Shown here piece after piece: positions 7,274 through 15,922 of a stretch of 64,000 bases of DNA (positions are counted from its first letter, which is position 1; the number at the start of each line of letters is the position of its first letter). The notes under the pieces were generated by a model. It made no database searches. It saw only the letters and a program-made list of their open reading frames with translations, and had not been told where the DNA came from. Origin of the DNA: Candidatus Hydrogenedentota bacterium (lineage in GTDB: Bacteria > Hydrogenedentota > Hydrogenedentia > Hydrogenedentales > JAEUWI01); NCBI GenBank assembly GCA_034669905.1, contig JAXMOL010000043.1, positions 1 through 64,000 of the forward strand. The letters are read 5' to 3'. The position numbers were made by a program, and so were the translations under genes.

Positions 7274-8770
7274 CTATTCCCGTCCAAAGAGCAGGGCCTG
7301 CATTTGCTTGGCGATGTCGGGGTTTTCGTAGAGGGAATTGATCATAGGCACATATACCTCGGTGAAGTCCTTCTCCTTCGCAAGATGCCCAAAAACGGAC
7401 TCCAGCCGGAGAAAGGAAAGCTTGTCGTTGGCCGTGTAGGCGGCAGCGCGGTGCAGCTCGTCCTTCATACCATCGACGATTTCGAGCTTCTTGCCATGGC
7501 GGTCTACGCCCTTGTCGGAATAGTAACACCAAGCGGCGATGACCAGGGTGGCGTATTCCGTGCTCCCGCCCCGCGCCAGATTTTCCGTAATGGTCGGGAT
7601 GAGAAAGGTCGGCAATTTGGAGGAGCTTTCCAGACAGATACGGGCGAGGTTGTCCTTGATGTTTGGGTTGCCAAAGCGCTCTATCAGGCAGTCTTTGTAG
7701 GCCTCCAGGTCAATGCCCTCGACGGGAGCCAATACGGGCGTGGCCTCGAAATCCATGAAGCGTCGGAGGTAGGTGGCGAACAGGGGATCGGCGACACACC
7801 CGTCGATCGTCTCATGCCCATGGATGGCACCCAATAGTCCAAGCACGGAATGGCCCGCGTTGAGCAGGCGGATTTTCATCGTCTCATAGGGGGTGACATC
7901 GGGGACGAACTGGGCTCCGACGGACTCCCAGGCGGGTCGGCCATTGGAAAACTTGTCTTCGATGACCCATTGGCAGTAGGGCTCACAGGTAACCGGCCAC
8001 TCGTCTTTCACGCCGGACTCGGCCTCCAGCGTTTCGATGTCCGACGGTGTGGTAACGGGGGTAATTCGGTCGACCATGGCATTGGGGAAAGACACCTCGT
8101 GGGCGATCCATTCGGCCAAATCCGGATCCTGCTTGCGGGCGAAGGTCAGGAGCATCTTGCGCGCCATGTCGCCATTGTGTTGGATGTTGTCACAGGACTG
8201 GACCGTGAAGGGGGGGAGGCCCGAGGCGCGCCGTTTCCGGAGCGACTCGGTAAGATAGCCGAAGACGGTCTTGGGTGTTTCGCGGTTTTCGAGATCATAT
8301 ACAACGGCGGGGTTGCCAAAATCGAATTCACCCGTGGCCTGGTTGAAGTTGTAGCCCCCTTCCGTGATGGTAAGGGAGACGATCCGGGTGGAAGGGGCGG
8401 CCATCCGATCGGTAACCGCGCCCGGGTTGTCACAGCCGAGCATGAAGTCGACCAGGGAGCCGATGACGCGATTCACTATCTGTCCGTCTGGATGTTTCAC
8501 GATCAAGGTATAGAGATAGTCCTGCCGCTTCAGGACGTCTGCGATTTTTCGATCGGCTTCTCGCAGGCCGACCCCACAGATGCCCCACGCGTTGGCATCG
8601 GCGCTTGCCAGCAGGTCGTCGGTATAACAAGCCTCGTGGGAGCGGTGGAAGCCGCCGACGCCGATATGGACGATGCCCGCCGTGACGGCGCTTCGATCGT
8701 AGGTGGGGCGCGCGATAGATTCGGGCAGCTGCGACAGGTTCTCTTGGTTCAAGCGAAGGAGTTTTTTCAT
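7274..8770 (-). CDS. Mannitol 2-dehydrogenase family (long-chain polyol dehydrogenase)
   Basis: GIVHIGVGGFHRSH, SLTITEGGY, SCDN, NAMVDRITP, MKIRLLNAGH. Confidence 0.93.
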   Translation of the reverse strand: MKKLLRLNQENLSQLPESIARPTYDRSAVTAGIVHIGVGGFHRSHEACYTDDLLASADANAWGICGVGLREADRKIADVLKRQDYLYTLIVKHPDGQIVNRVIGSLVDFMLGCDNPGAVTDRMAAPSTRIVSLTITEGGYNFNQATGEFDFGNPAVVYDLENRETPKTVFGYLTESLRKRRASGLPPFTVQSCDNIQHNGDMARKMLLTFARKQDPDLAEWIAHEVSFPNAMVDRITPVTTPSDIETLEAESGVKDEWPVTCEPYCQWVIEDKFSNGRPAWESVGAQFVPDVTPYETMKIRLLNAGHSVLGLLGAIHGHETIDGCVADPLFATYLRRFMDFEATPVLAPVEGIDLEAYKDCLIERFGNPNIKDNLARICLESSSKLPTFLIPTITENLARGGSTEYATLVIAAWCYYSDKGVDRHGKKLEIVDGMKDELHRAAAYTANDKLSFLRLESVFGHLAKEKDFTEVYVPMINSLYENPDIAKQMQALLFGRE

Positions 8771-8918
8771 GGATGTGTTCCCAAGTTTAAATCACCGTTA
8801 TCCACCGGCCCTGCCGGTGAGAATTCATCAGGCTCTGCCGTTTCGGTGGGTTCTCCTAATATTAGCGCACGCGGAGTAGTTATTGTAGTGTTTCAGATTC
8901 GGGCCTTCGAAGTGTTCT

Positions 8919-9070
8919 TAGCCCCGGAGGGGCGGCCTAAAAGTTTTGGCAATGGGAACCCATTCGCGCCCTAGGTGGCCCCGCTGGCACTTGTATCGGC
9001 GTGTGACGACCAAAACCCAGGACTCGCTTCGCTCGCTGCCGGGCTACGATTTGTCGCCACTTCGTGGACG
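8919..9070. repeat. Degenerate REP-like palindromic cluster
   Basis: agccccggaggggcg ... ctcgcttcgctcg ... gtcgccacttcgtggac short hairpins in an intra-operon gap. Confidence 0.45.
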
Positions 9071-9120
9071 TAACCGCCTCGTTGCCGGGGCCTTTCTCGG
9101 TATTGCCGGTGCTTGCTAAA

Positions 9121-10836
9121 TCAGTTCTGTAGGGCTTTCTTGCGCCGGAGCACCCAGTAGGCCGCCACAAAATAGGAGATGGTGCAGACGAATCCGTAGC
9201 GGTAGAAGATGTCGCGATTGTCCAGGTAGGCGGCCATATCGGGGCTACGGAACATGGTGATGACCGCGAGGACCAACGTGATGGTCAGGCTGATCCGGGC
9301 GATCCAATGGAGGACCCGGGACAGCATCGAAGTGTCGGTCACTGGGGGTTGGGCGATATCGGTCTGGTGGGCGAGATAGGCCGCCACCAACTGGTCATGC
9401 TCGGCCATTGCGGCCTCTTCGGACGGGTAGGGTTTTGCGGCGCCATACTGTCGGGCCAGCAGGGTGTAGGTGAGGATGGTGACGACCCAGGTGGGAAGGA
9501 AGAGGTAATAGAAAGACATGACGTCCAGGGTGTTCAGACCAAAGCCAAAGACCAATCCCACGCCCCAGGAGGCGACTGCGGGGGTGCTGTGGGATAGTTT
9601 TCGATAGCTTACCCAATAGCGGGAGAACCCGATGCGGGGAAAGATGACGTGCTCGGCGAAGACGATAGCGCCGACGGGAACAACAAGCAGCCCGGCGTAG
9701 GTGAGCAGGGGGAGCATTTTGGTGAAGACAAAGGGGAAGCAGGCGACCACCACGGTCACCAATCCAACCGCGAGGGTGGTCTGCTTTCGGGAGTGATTAT
9801 GAAAGATGGCCTGGGCGGCCAGTCCCGCGCGGTACAGGTTGGCATTTGCCGTGGTCCAACCGGCCACGATCACGATGACAAATCCCGAGAGTCCGAGGGC
9901 CTGGTAGGCCACATCGCCCGGATCCAGCTCGATGATCGATTTTTTGACCAGCACCGCGGTTCCGGCTCCCATGATGCCGGCGGCTATCCACGCGATGTAG
10001 TGCCCAAAGAGCATGCCCGAACTGGTGCAGAGTCCGTAAATGGGCCTCTTGGCATAGCGCAGCAAGGCCATGTCAATCAGGCCAAAGTGGGTAATGGTAT
10101 TGGCCGCCCAGGCAAACCCGATCACTTCCAGCAGGCCGATACCGGGTTCCCCTGCCGCGTTCAGACCAGTCCAGATGGACTGGTCGCCGATGGTAACGAA
10201 GTCTCTAAAACTCGTGAGCACCGTGCTACCCAACACGGCGTCGGACAGGGCCGGCATCATGACCAGCGCACCCGCCGTGAACATGACAAAGAGCCAGGGA
10301 CCACATATGCTGGAGAACTCGGACACGGCGTTGAAGCCATACATGGCCACGAAGACGACGATGATACCCACGGCTAACACGACCAGGACGAACCATGCGT
10401 CGGTCGGATACCAATTCAATTGGGCCGGGATCTTAAACAAGAAGCGCACGGCCGTGCTCGACACCGTGATCATGGCGGCGGAAATGACAGTAAAAATGAT
10501 GACGTTGGCCCAATTATAGAGCGTGGTCATGGAGTAGCCCGCGATTTTGTCTAGGTAGGTGTACAGGCTCAGCCGGGTCTGGGTTGCGATGGGGGCAGTA
10601 ATAAGCGTCCAACTTAATATGGCGAGAATATTGCCCAGCAGGAGCCCCAGGAGGATATCCATCGTCTGGGCGCCCAATGCGACGAAGGTGGCACCGATGA
10701 CAAACTCCGTGGCGGCCACGTGCTCGCCCGCGTAGAGCCCCATAAAGTGCGTCCATCCGTGAAGCTTGTGTTTCGGGATGGGTAATTGTTCCTCGCTGAC
10801 ACCCTCTAATTCTTTGAAATCCATCGAATTCTCCAC
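9121..10836 (-). CDS. NCS1/CodB-like (purine-cytosine permease fold) secondary transporter
   Basis: About 12-14 TM segments; GWTTANANLY resembles the CodB motif; lies between fructokinase and mannitol dehydrogenase; alternative start 10824. Confidence 0.8.
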   Translation of the reverse strand: MENSMDFKELEGVSEEQLPIPKHKLHGWTHFMGLYAGEHVAATEFVIGATFVALGAQTMDILLGLLLGNILAILSWTLITAPIATQTRLSLYTYLDKIAGYSMTTLYNWANVIIFTVISAAMITVSSTAVRFLFKIPAQLNWYPTDAWFVLVVLAVGIIVVFVAMYGFNAVSEFSSICGPWLFVMFTAGALVMMPALSDAVLGSTVLTSFRDFVTIGDQSIWTGLNAAGEPGIGLLEVIGFAWAANTITHFGLIDMALLRYAKRPIYGLCTSSGMLFGHYIAWIAAGIMGAGTAVLVKKSIIELDPGDVAYQALGLSGFVIVIVAGWTTANANLYRAGLAAQAIFHNHSRKQTTLAVGLVTVVVACFPFVFTKMLPLLTYAGLLVVPVGAIVFAEHVIFPRIGFSRYWVSYRKLSHSTPAVASWGVGLVFGFGLNTLDVMSFYYLFLPTWVVTILTYTLLARQYGAAKPYPSEEAAMAEHDQLVAAYLAHQTDIAQPPVTDTSMLSRVLHWIARISLTITLVLAVITMFRSPDMAAYLDNRDIFYRYGFVCTISYFVAAYWVLRRKKALQN

Positions 10837-10842
10837 GGTTGC

Positions 10843-11730
10843 TCAGGGGGTTATTTTTAAATGGGCGGGCAGGGGTGGACAGGCCCCTTTCTGTGAGCAA
10901 ACAAAAGCGGCTACTTCGTTTGCGAATGCGTTTACCGTAGCAAGGGGTTCCCGCTTAAGAAGGCCCAGGCAAAGGGCTGCCGTGAAGGAATCCCCGGCGC
11001 CCACAGAATCCACGACCGTCACAGAGATTCCTGGAAAGGCGTTGACCTCATCTTTACCGAGGAGAAAACTTCCTTCAGGGCCCCGGGTGTAGGCAACCAG
11101 GTCCAGGCCAAAGCGGTTTTGGAGTGCCGACAGTTGCTCCTCGGTGCTTCCTGACAGTCCAAAATACTCCCCAAGTATCGGAAGCTCCTCGTCGCTCAGT
11201 TTTAAGACCGTGGCGAACTGGAGGGATTCTTCCACCAGTGTTTGGGAGTAGAATGGTGCCCGCAGGTTGACATCGAGAATCTTCAGGGCGCCCGGGGGCA
11301 TGTGGGTGAGGAAGGCACGGATTGCTTCCCTTGATTCGGAAGCGCGCTGACCGAGGGTGCCGAAGCAGACGGCATCCAGCGCGTGCGCCAGCGCCTCCAA
11401 TTCGGGGGTGAACGTGAGATGGTCCCAGGCCACTCCTTCGAGGATCTCATAGGTCGGCTTGCCAACGTCGTCGAGGGATACCATTACACGACCCGTTGGA
11501 TGGGTGGGACTCTCTAATACGTATTTGGTATTCACACCCAGTTGGGCCAGCTTAACCCGGGCTTGTCTTCCGAGTCCATCGTCACCGACACAACTAACCG
11601 GATGGGCATTGCCCCCCAGCTGGTGACAGTGGCAGGAAAAATTCGTGGGGGCTCCGCCGAGACGTCCGCCGTCGGGAAACATGTCCCAAAGGGTCTCTCC
11701 AATACCTGCGACTTCAAAAGGTGGCATCAT
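10843..11730 (-). CDS. PfkB-family carbohydrate kinase (fructokinase-like)
   Basis: GIGETLWD, GGAPTN, DVNLR, DSVGAGDSF; GGAGG SD. Confidence 0.93.
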   Translation of the reverse strand: MMPPFEVAGIGETLWDMFPDGGRLGGAPTNFSCHCHQLGGNAHPVSCVGDDGLGRQARVKLAQLGVNTKYVLESPTHPTGRVMVSLDDVGKPTYEILEGVAWDHLTFTPELEALAHALDAVCFGTLGQRASESREAIRAFLTHMPPGALKILDVNLRAPFYSQTLVEESLQFATVLKLSDEELPILGEYFGLSGSTEEQLSALQNRFGLDLVAYTRGPEGSFLLGKDEVNAFPGISVTVVDSVGAGDSFTAALCLGLLKREPLATVNAFANEVAAFVCSQKGACPPLPAHLKITP

Positions 11731-12004
11731 GGGGACCTCCAATCTGCAGTGCGTTGCCTTGCGCGCTACCTTATAGCCTAACCCCGTAGCTATCTAAATG
11801 TAAATCAAATGTACATGAAGATTTTGTCATCTTATGGTGACCCGAGACAGGAATGCGCAATGTAGTGGTGGCTATGATAGGGAGGGGAAGAAACATCGCA
11901 GCGTAATTTCCTCCGCCACCCCGTAGCGCCCTGTCCACCCGACGCCGTCCTTGGTCTCTGTGAAGTGCGCGAAGATTGGCGGGCCGAATTAATCGTCGGT
12001 ATCT

Positions 12005-12031
12005 TGCGTCTTTTTGAGAAGTCCGTCGTCT
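12005..12031 (+). promoter_or_regulatory. Candidate ECF sigma promoter (GCGTC-N16-CGTCT)
   Basis: tgcgtc tttttgagaagtccgt cgtct about 55 nt upstream of the flavoprotein ATG; CGTC -10 is ECF-typical; ECF gene just downstream. Confidence 0.35.
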
Positions 12032-12086
12032 ATTCAGGGGACCAAGGAATTGCCCGGGTTTTCGACCCGGGAACAGGAGATATACG

Positions 12087-13433
12087 ATGGAAAGTAATAA
12101 AATGAAGCATTCAAACGATGCACTCCCGATCGCGGTCATCGGTGCCGGTCCTGTGGGGCTGGCCGCTGCGGCGAATCTTGTAGCACGAGGAATGGAACCC
12201 CTGATTCTGGAGGCGGGCTCCTCTGTGGCCGCTAGTATGCGGGATTGGGGCCATGTGCGCCTTTTTACGCCGTGGTCTTTCCTGCTCGACCCGGCGAGTG
12301 TTCGTTTACTCGAGGCCAACACGGCCTGGCAAGCGCCCGATGCGGAGTACGTGCCCCATGCGAAGGAACTGGTGGCGCAGTATCTGGAACCCCTGGCCGC
12401 GCTCCCCGAGCTGGCGCCGCACATCAAGCTGGAACATAGGGTCGTCTCGGTTTCGCGGGATGGCCACGACCGCATGAAGGACGGGGCCCGGAATGATGCG
12501 CCCTTTCTCCTCGTACTGGATACCCCGAAGGGCGCCCAGCGCATTAAGGTGGGGGCGGTTATCGATGCGTCGGGGACCTGGACGACGCCCAACCCCCTGG
12601 GCGCGGGTGGCGTGATGGCCGATGGGGAACAGGATTTTCAAGAGAACGTGCGCTATGGCATGCCGGACGTGCTCGGGAAGGAGCGCGCGCGGTATCAGGG
12701 TAAACGTATCCTGGTCGTCGGCTCCGGCCACTCGGCCATCGGCAGCGTATTGAATCTGGCGAAGCTGGCGGAAGAGGCGCCGGGCACCTCGGTGTGTTGG
12801 GCGGTGCGGCGAACCGATCCCAGTACCCTTTGGGGCGGCGGGGCCGCGGACGAGATCGTGGAGCGTGGTGCTTTGGGAACCCGGGTGCATGAGGCGGTGA
12901 ACACGGGGGCGGTGACGCTGATTACGGGGCTCACCATCAGCGCCCTGCGCGCGCATCCTGAAGGCATCGAAGTGGTGGATGTGGATGGCGTCGGCCATGC
13001 CATCGTGGATGAGCTGGTGGTGGCCACGGGGTCGCGGCCCAACCTGGAGATGCTGCGCGAGTTGCGACTCGAACTGGACGTGGTCACCGAAGCGCCCAAG
13101 GCGTTGGGACCCCTGATTGACCCCAATCATCACAGCTGCGGCACGGTGCCTCCCCATGGTGCCCGGGAGCTGAAGCACCCGGAGCCGGGATTCTATGTGG
13201 TGGGCATGAAGAGCTATGGCCGGGCTCCGACCTTTCTGATGCGGACCGGCTTCGAGCAAGTGCGTTCGGTGGTCGCAGCGTTGGCGGGCGACATGGAAGC
13301 CGCCCACCGGGTGGAGCTTACGCTGCCCCAAACCGGGGTGTGTTCCACGGGACTCGCCTTTGATGAGAAAGAAGCGCCCAACGCAGGAGGGTGCTGTGGC
13401 ACCTCGACCCCTGCAGGCAGTTGCTGCGGCTGA
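12087..13433 (+). CDS. FAD/NAD(P)-dependent oxidoreductase of the ars-cluster-associated flavoprotein type, Cys-rich tail
   Basis: GAGPVG and GSGHSA Rossmann motifs; HSCGTVPPHG; GMKSYGRAPTFL; C-terminal GCCG...SCCG. Confidence 0.88.
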   Translation: MESNKMKHSNDALPIAVIGAGPVGLAAAANLVARGMEPLILEAGSSVAASMRDWGHVRLFTPWSFLLDPASVRLLEANTAWQAPDAEYVPHAKELVAQYLEPLAALPELAPHIKLEHRVVSVSRDGHDRMKDGARNDAPFLLVLDTPKGAQRIKVGAVIDASGTWTTPNPLGAGGVMADGEQDFQENVRYGMPDVLGKERARYQGKRILVVGSGHSAIGSVLNLAKLAEEAPGTSVCWAVRRTDPSTLWGGGAADEIVERGALGTRVHEAVNTGAVTLITGLTISALRAHPEGIEVVDVDGVGHAIVDELVVATGSRPNLEMLRELRLELDVVTEAPKALGPLIDPNHHSCGTVPPHGARELKHPEPGFYVVGMKSYGRAPTFLMRTGFEQVRSVVAALAGDMEAAHRVELTLPQTGVCSTGLAFDEKEAPNAGGCCGTSTPAGSCCG

Positions 13434-13451
13434 AGTACCAGGTAGTGTGGT

Positions 13452-13487
13452 GGAAATCCACCGGCCTGACGGGTCGGTGGATTTTCC
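13452..13487 (+). terminator. Hairpin terminator
   Basis: ggaaatccaccggcc-tgac-gggtcggtggattttcc stem 18 nt after the stop codon. Confidence 0.6.
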
Positions 13488-13635
13488 GTATTTTGGAGGC
13501 AAGGGCGGAGCGATCTATAATAGACGGGGCGCATGAAATTGACCGCGCCACGTTATTTGTATACCCCGCGCATCACCCGAGACCTGGGCCTATAGTGGCC
13601 CCGGGGGGTGGCGTTCGAAAAGAAAGAGGTGCCCT

Positions 13636-14214
13636 GTGATTGAACCGCCCGTGACGACGGAAGACCTATGGGAGCTTCTCAGTCAAAAACTGCGCTTGTT
13701 TATCCTCAAGCGGGTATCTGACGAGCAAATCGCCGACGATCTCCTCCAGGAAACGTTTTTGCGTATTCACCTGAAACTCGGTGACATCAAGAGCACCGAG
13801 CGGCTCACCGCCTGGGTATTTCAGATTGCCCGGAATCTGGTCATTGATCACTACCGCTCCCAGGGCCGTCGCCCCGACCTGGTGGCCGACGATTTTGAGC
13901 ACATGCAAGATCTGCAGGAAAAAGAGAACATCAATGACCTGGTGAGTGGATGGCTTCCTGCGATGATCGAGAGTTTGCCGGAGACCTATCGCGAGGCCCT
14001 GGAATTGTATGAGCTCCAGGGGGTTCCCCAGCAAGAGATCGCCGACCGACTGGGTATTTCGCTGTCCGCGGCGAAGTCACGGGTTCAGCGGGGCCGGGAG
14101 AAGCTGAAGGCCATTCTCCTGAATTGCTGTACCTTTGAACAGGATATTTTCGGCAATGTCCTGGAGTACGACGTGAACGATCCCAATGAGCGGTGTCACT
14201 GCGATCGTTGCTGA
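13636..14214 (+). CDS. sigZ: ECF RNA polymerase sigma factor, SigZ family
   Basis: DDLLQETFLRIH, WVFQIARNLVIDHYR, AKSRVQRGREKLK, C-terminal CCTFEQDIFGNV...CHCDRC. Confidence 0.85.
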   Translation: MIEPPVTTEDLWELLSQKLRLFILKRVSDEQIADDLLQETFLRIHLKLGDIKSTERLTAWVFQIARNLVIDHYRSQGRRPDLVADDFEHMQDLQEKENINDLVSGWLPAMIESLPETYREALELYELQGVPQQEIADRLGISLSAAKSRVQRGREKLKAILLNCCTFEQDIFGNVLEYDVNDPNERCHCDRC

Positions 14215-14451
14215 TTGGAACGGGGTGGGGCGGTCAACTTGTCCGCCCCCAGCGGATAAGGTCGTAGATGCGCCGGAGGTGGAGACTGTCCCGGCCGTAT
14301 GTCGTGTCTCGGCGTGTGGGTGGGTAGCGTGGAGTCACCAACACGGCCGGTACAGCCTCACGCGCCGGGGGGCGTTGTGGAATCTTAGTGCCTGGGGTTC
14401 AGGGTGCGTTTGTTGTGCGTTTCGACGGGGGTGTCCGCGTGAAGGCAGTCC

Positions 14452-15921
14452 CTATGCCAAAATATCCTTCACCACGTGGCCATGCACATCGGTGAGTCGG
14501 AAGTTGCGGCCCTGAAATTTATAGGTCAACCGTTCGTGGTCGACGCCAAGTTGGTTTAGCAGGGTGGCCTGGAAGTCGTGAACGTGGACGCCGTTCTCCG
14601 CCACGTTGATGCCGAGGTCGTCGGAGGCGCCGTAGGTCATGCCGGGCTTGATGCCGCCGCCGGCGATCCAGGTGGTGAAGGCGTAGGGGTGGTGGTCGCG
14701 GCCCCAGCGGACGCGGTCTTCGAGCTTGCCTTGGAGGAAGGGGGTACGGCCGAATTCGCCGCCCCAGATGACGAGGGTGTCGTCGAGGAGGCCGCGCTGT
14801 TTAAGGTCTTTCACGAGGCCGGCCGCCGGTCGGTCCGTATCTTTGCATTGGGTGTAGAGTTCGGTGGTGAGGCTGTTGTGCTGGTCCCACCCGGCGTGCA
14901 TGACCTGGACGCAGCGGGTGCCCCGTTCGACGAGGCGTCGGGCCATGAGGCAGTTGTGGGCGAAGGTGCCGCGCTCTTTTACCTGGGGGCCGTAGAGATC
15001 GAGGATGTGTTGGGGTTCGTCCGAGAGGTCGGTGAGATCGGGCACGGAGGTCTGCATGCGGAAGGCCATTTCGTATTGGGCGATGCGCGCGTCGATTTCG
15101 GGGTCCTGGGCCTGGCGGAGTTTGATTTCGTTGAGGGCCGCGATGTCGTCGAGCATGCCCCGGCGCGTGTGTGCCTTCATGCCGTCGGGGTTGGAGAGGT
15201 AGAGGACGGGGTCGCCGCCGCCGCGAAACTTTACGCCCTGAAAACGGGAGGGGAGGAATCCGGAGCCCCAGTAAAAGTCATAGAAAATCTGGCCACACGA
15301 GGTCCCTTTGCTGACGGAGGTCATGACCACATAGGCGGGCAAGTCGGCATTGTCATTGCCGAGGCCATAGGTGAGCCACGCACCCAGGGCGGGGCGGCCG
15401 GGCATCTCCGCGCCACTGAGAAAGAAGGAGATGGCGGGGGCGTGGTTGACGGCTTCCGTGTGCATGCTCTTGATGAAGCAAATGTCGTCGACAATTTCGG
15501 CGGTGTGGGGCATGAGATCGCTGACCCAGGCACCACAGTCGCCATATTGCTTGAAGGGTTCGACGGGAGCCAGGAGGAGCTTGCCGCCCGCGTCGCCGGT
15601 CATGGTGCTGAAGCGCTTCCCCTGAATGTATTCATCGGGCACCGGCTTGCCGTGGAGTTCGGTGAGCATGGGCTTGTAGTCGAACATGTCGACGTGGGTG
15701 GGGCCGCCGTTGTGAAACATGTAGATGACGTGTTTCGCCTTGGCCACGTGGTGGGGGAGGTCGTCGAGGCCCATTTCGCGGGTGCCCCGTCGGTCGGCGG
15801 CGAAGATTTTTTCCTGACTCAACAGACCTGCCAGGGCGGCCGTGCCCACGCCGGTGGCCAGGTCGCCAAGGAAGGCCCGGCGTGTCGTGAGGTGACGGTG
15901 TTCGTCGATGGGGTTCACCAC
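14452..15921 (-). CDS. DUF1501 sulfatase-like protein (Tat-like RRAFL)
   Basis: GGPTHVDMFDYKP, NHAPA, WDQH, EFGRTP, GRDHHP, FRLTDVHG. Confidence 0.92.
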   Translation of the reverse strand: MVNPIDEHRHLTTRRAFLGDLATGVGTAALAGLLSQEKIFAADRRGTREMGLDDLPHHVAKAKHVIYMFHNGGPTHVDMFDYKPMLTELHGKPVPDEYIQGKRFSTMTGDAGGKLLLAPVEPFKQYGDCGAWVSDLMPHTAEIVDDICFIKSMHTEAVNHAPAISFFLSGAEMPGRPALGAWLTYGLGNDNADLPAYVVMTSVSKGTSCGQIFYDFYWGSGFLPSRFQGVKFRGGGDPVLYLSNPDGMKAHTRRGMLDDIAALNEIKLRQAQDPEIDARIAQYEMAFRMQTSVPDLTDLSDEPQHILDLYGPQVKERGTFAHNCLMARRLVERGTRCVQVMHAGWDQHNSLTTELYTQCKDTDRPAAGLVKDLKQRGLLDDTLVIWGGEFGRTPFLQGKLEDRVRWGRDHHPYAFTTWIAGGGIKPGMTYGASDDLGINVAENGVHVHDFQATLLNQLGVDHERLTYKFQGRNFRLTDVHGHVVKDILA

Positions 15922-15922
15922 G

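Noticed and set aside
8775..8870. Possible riboswitch upstream of mannitol dehydrogenase
   Set aside because: Hairpins are present but no known aptamer consensus could be matched by eye
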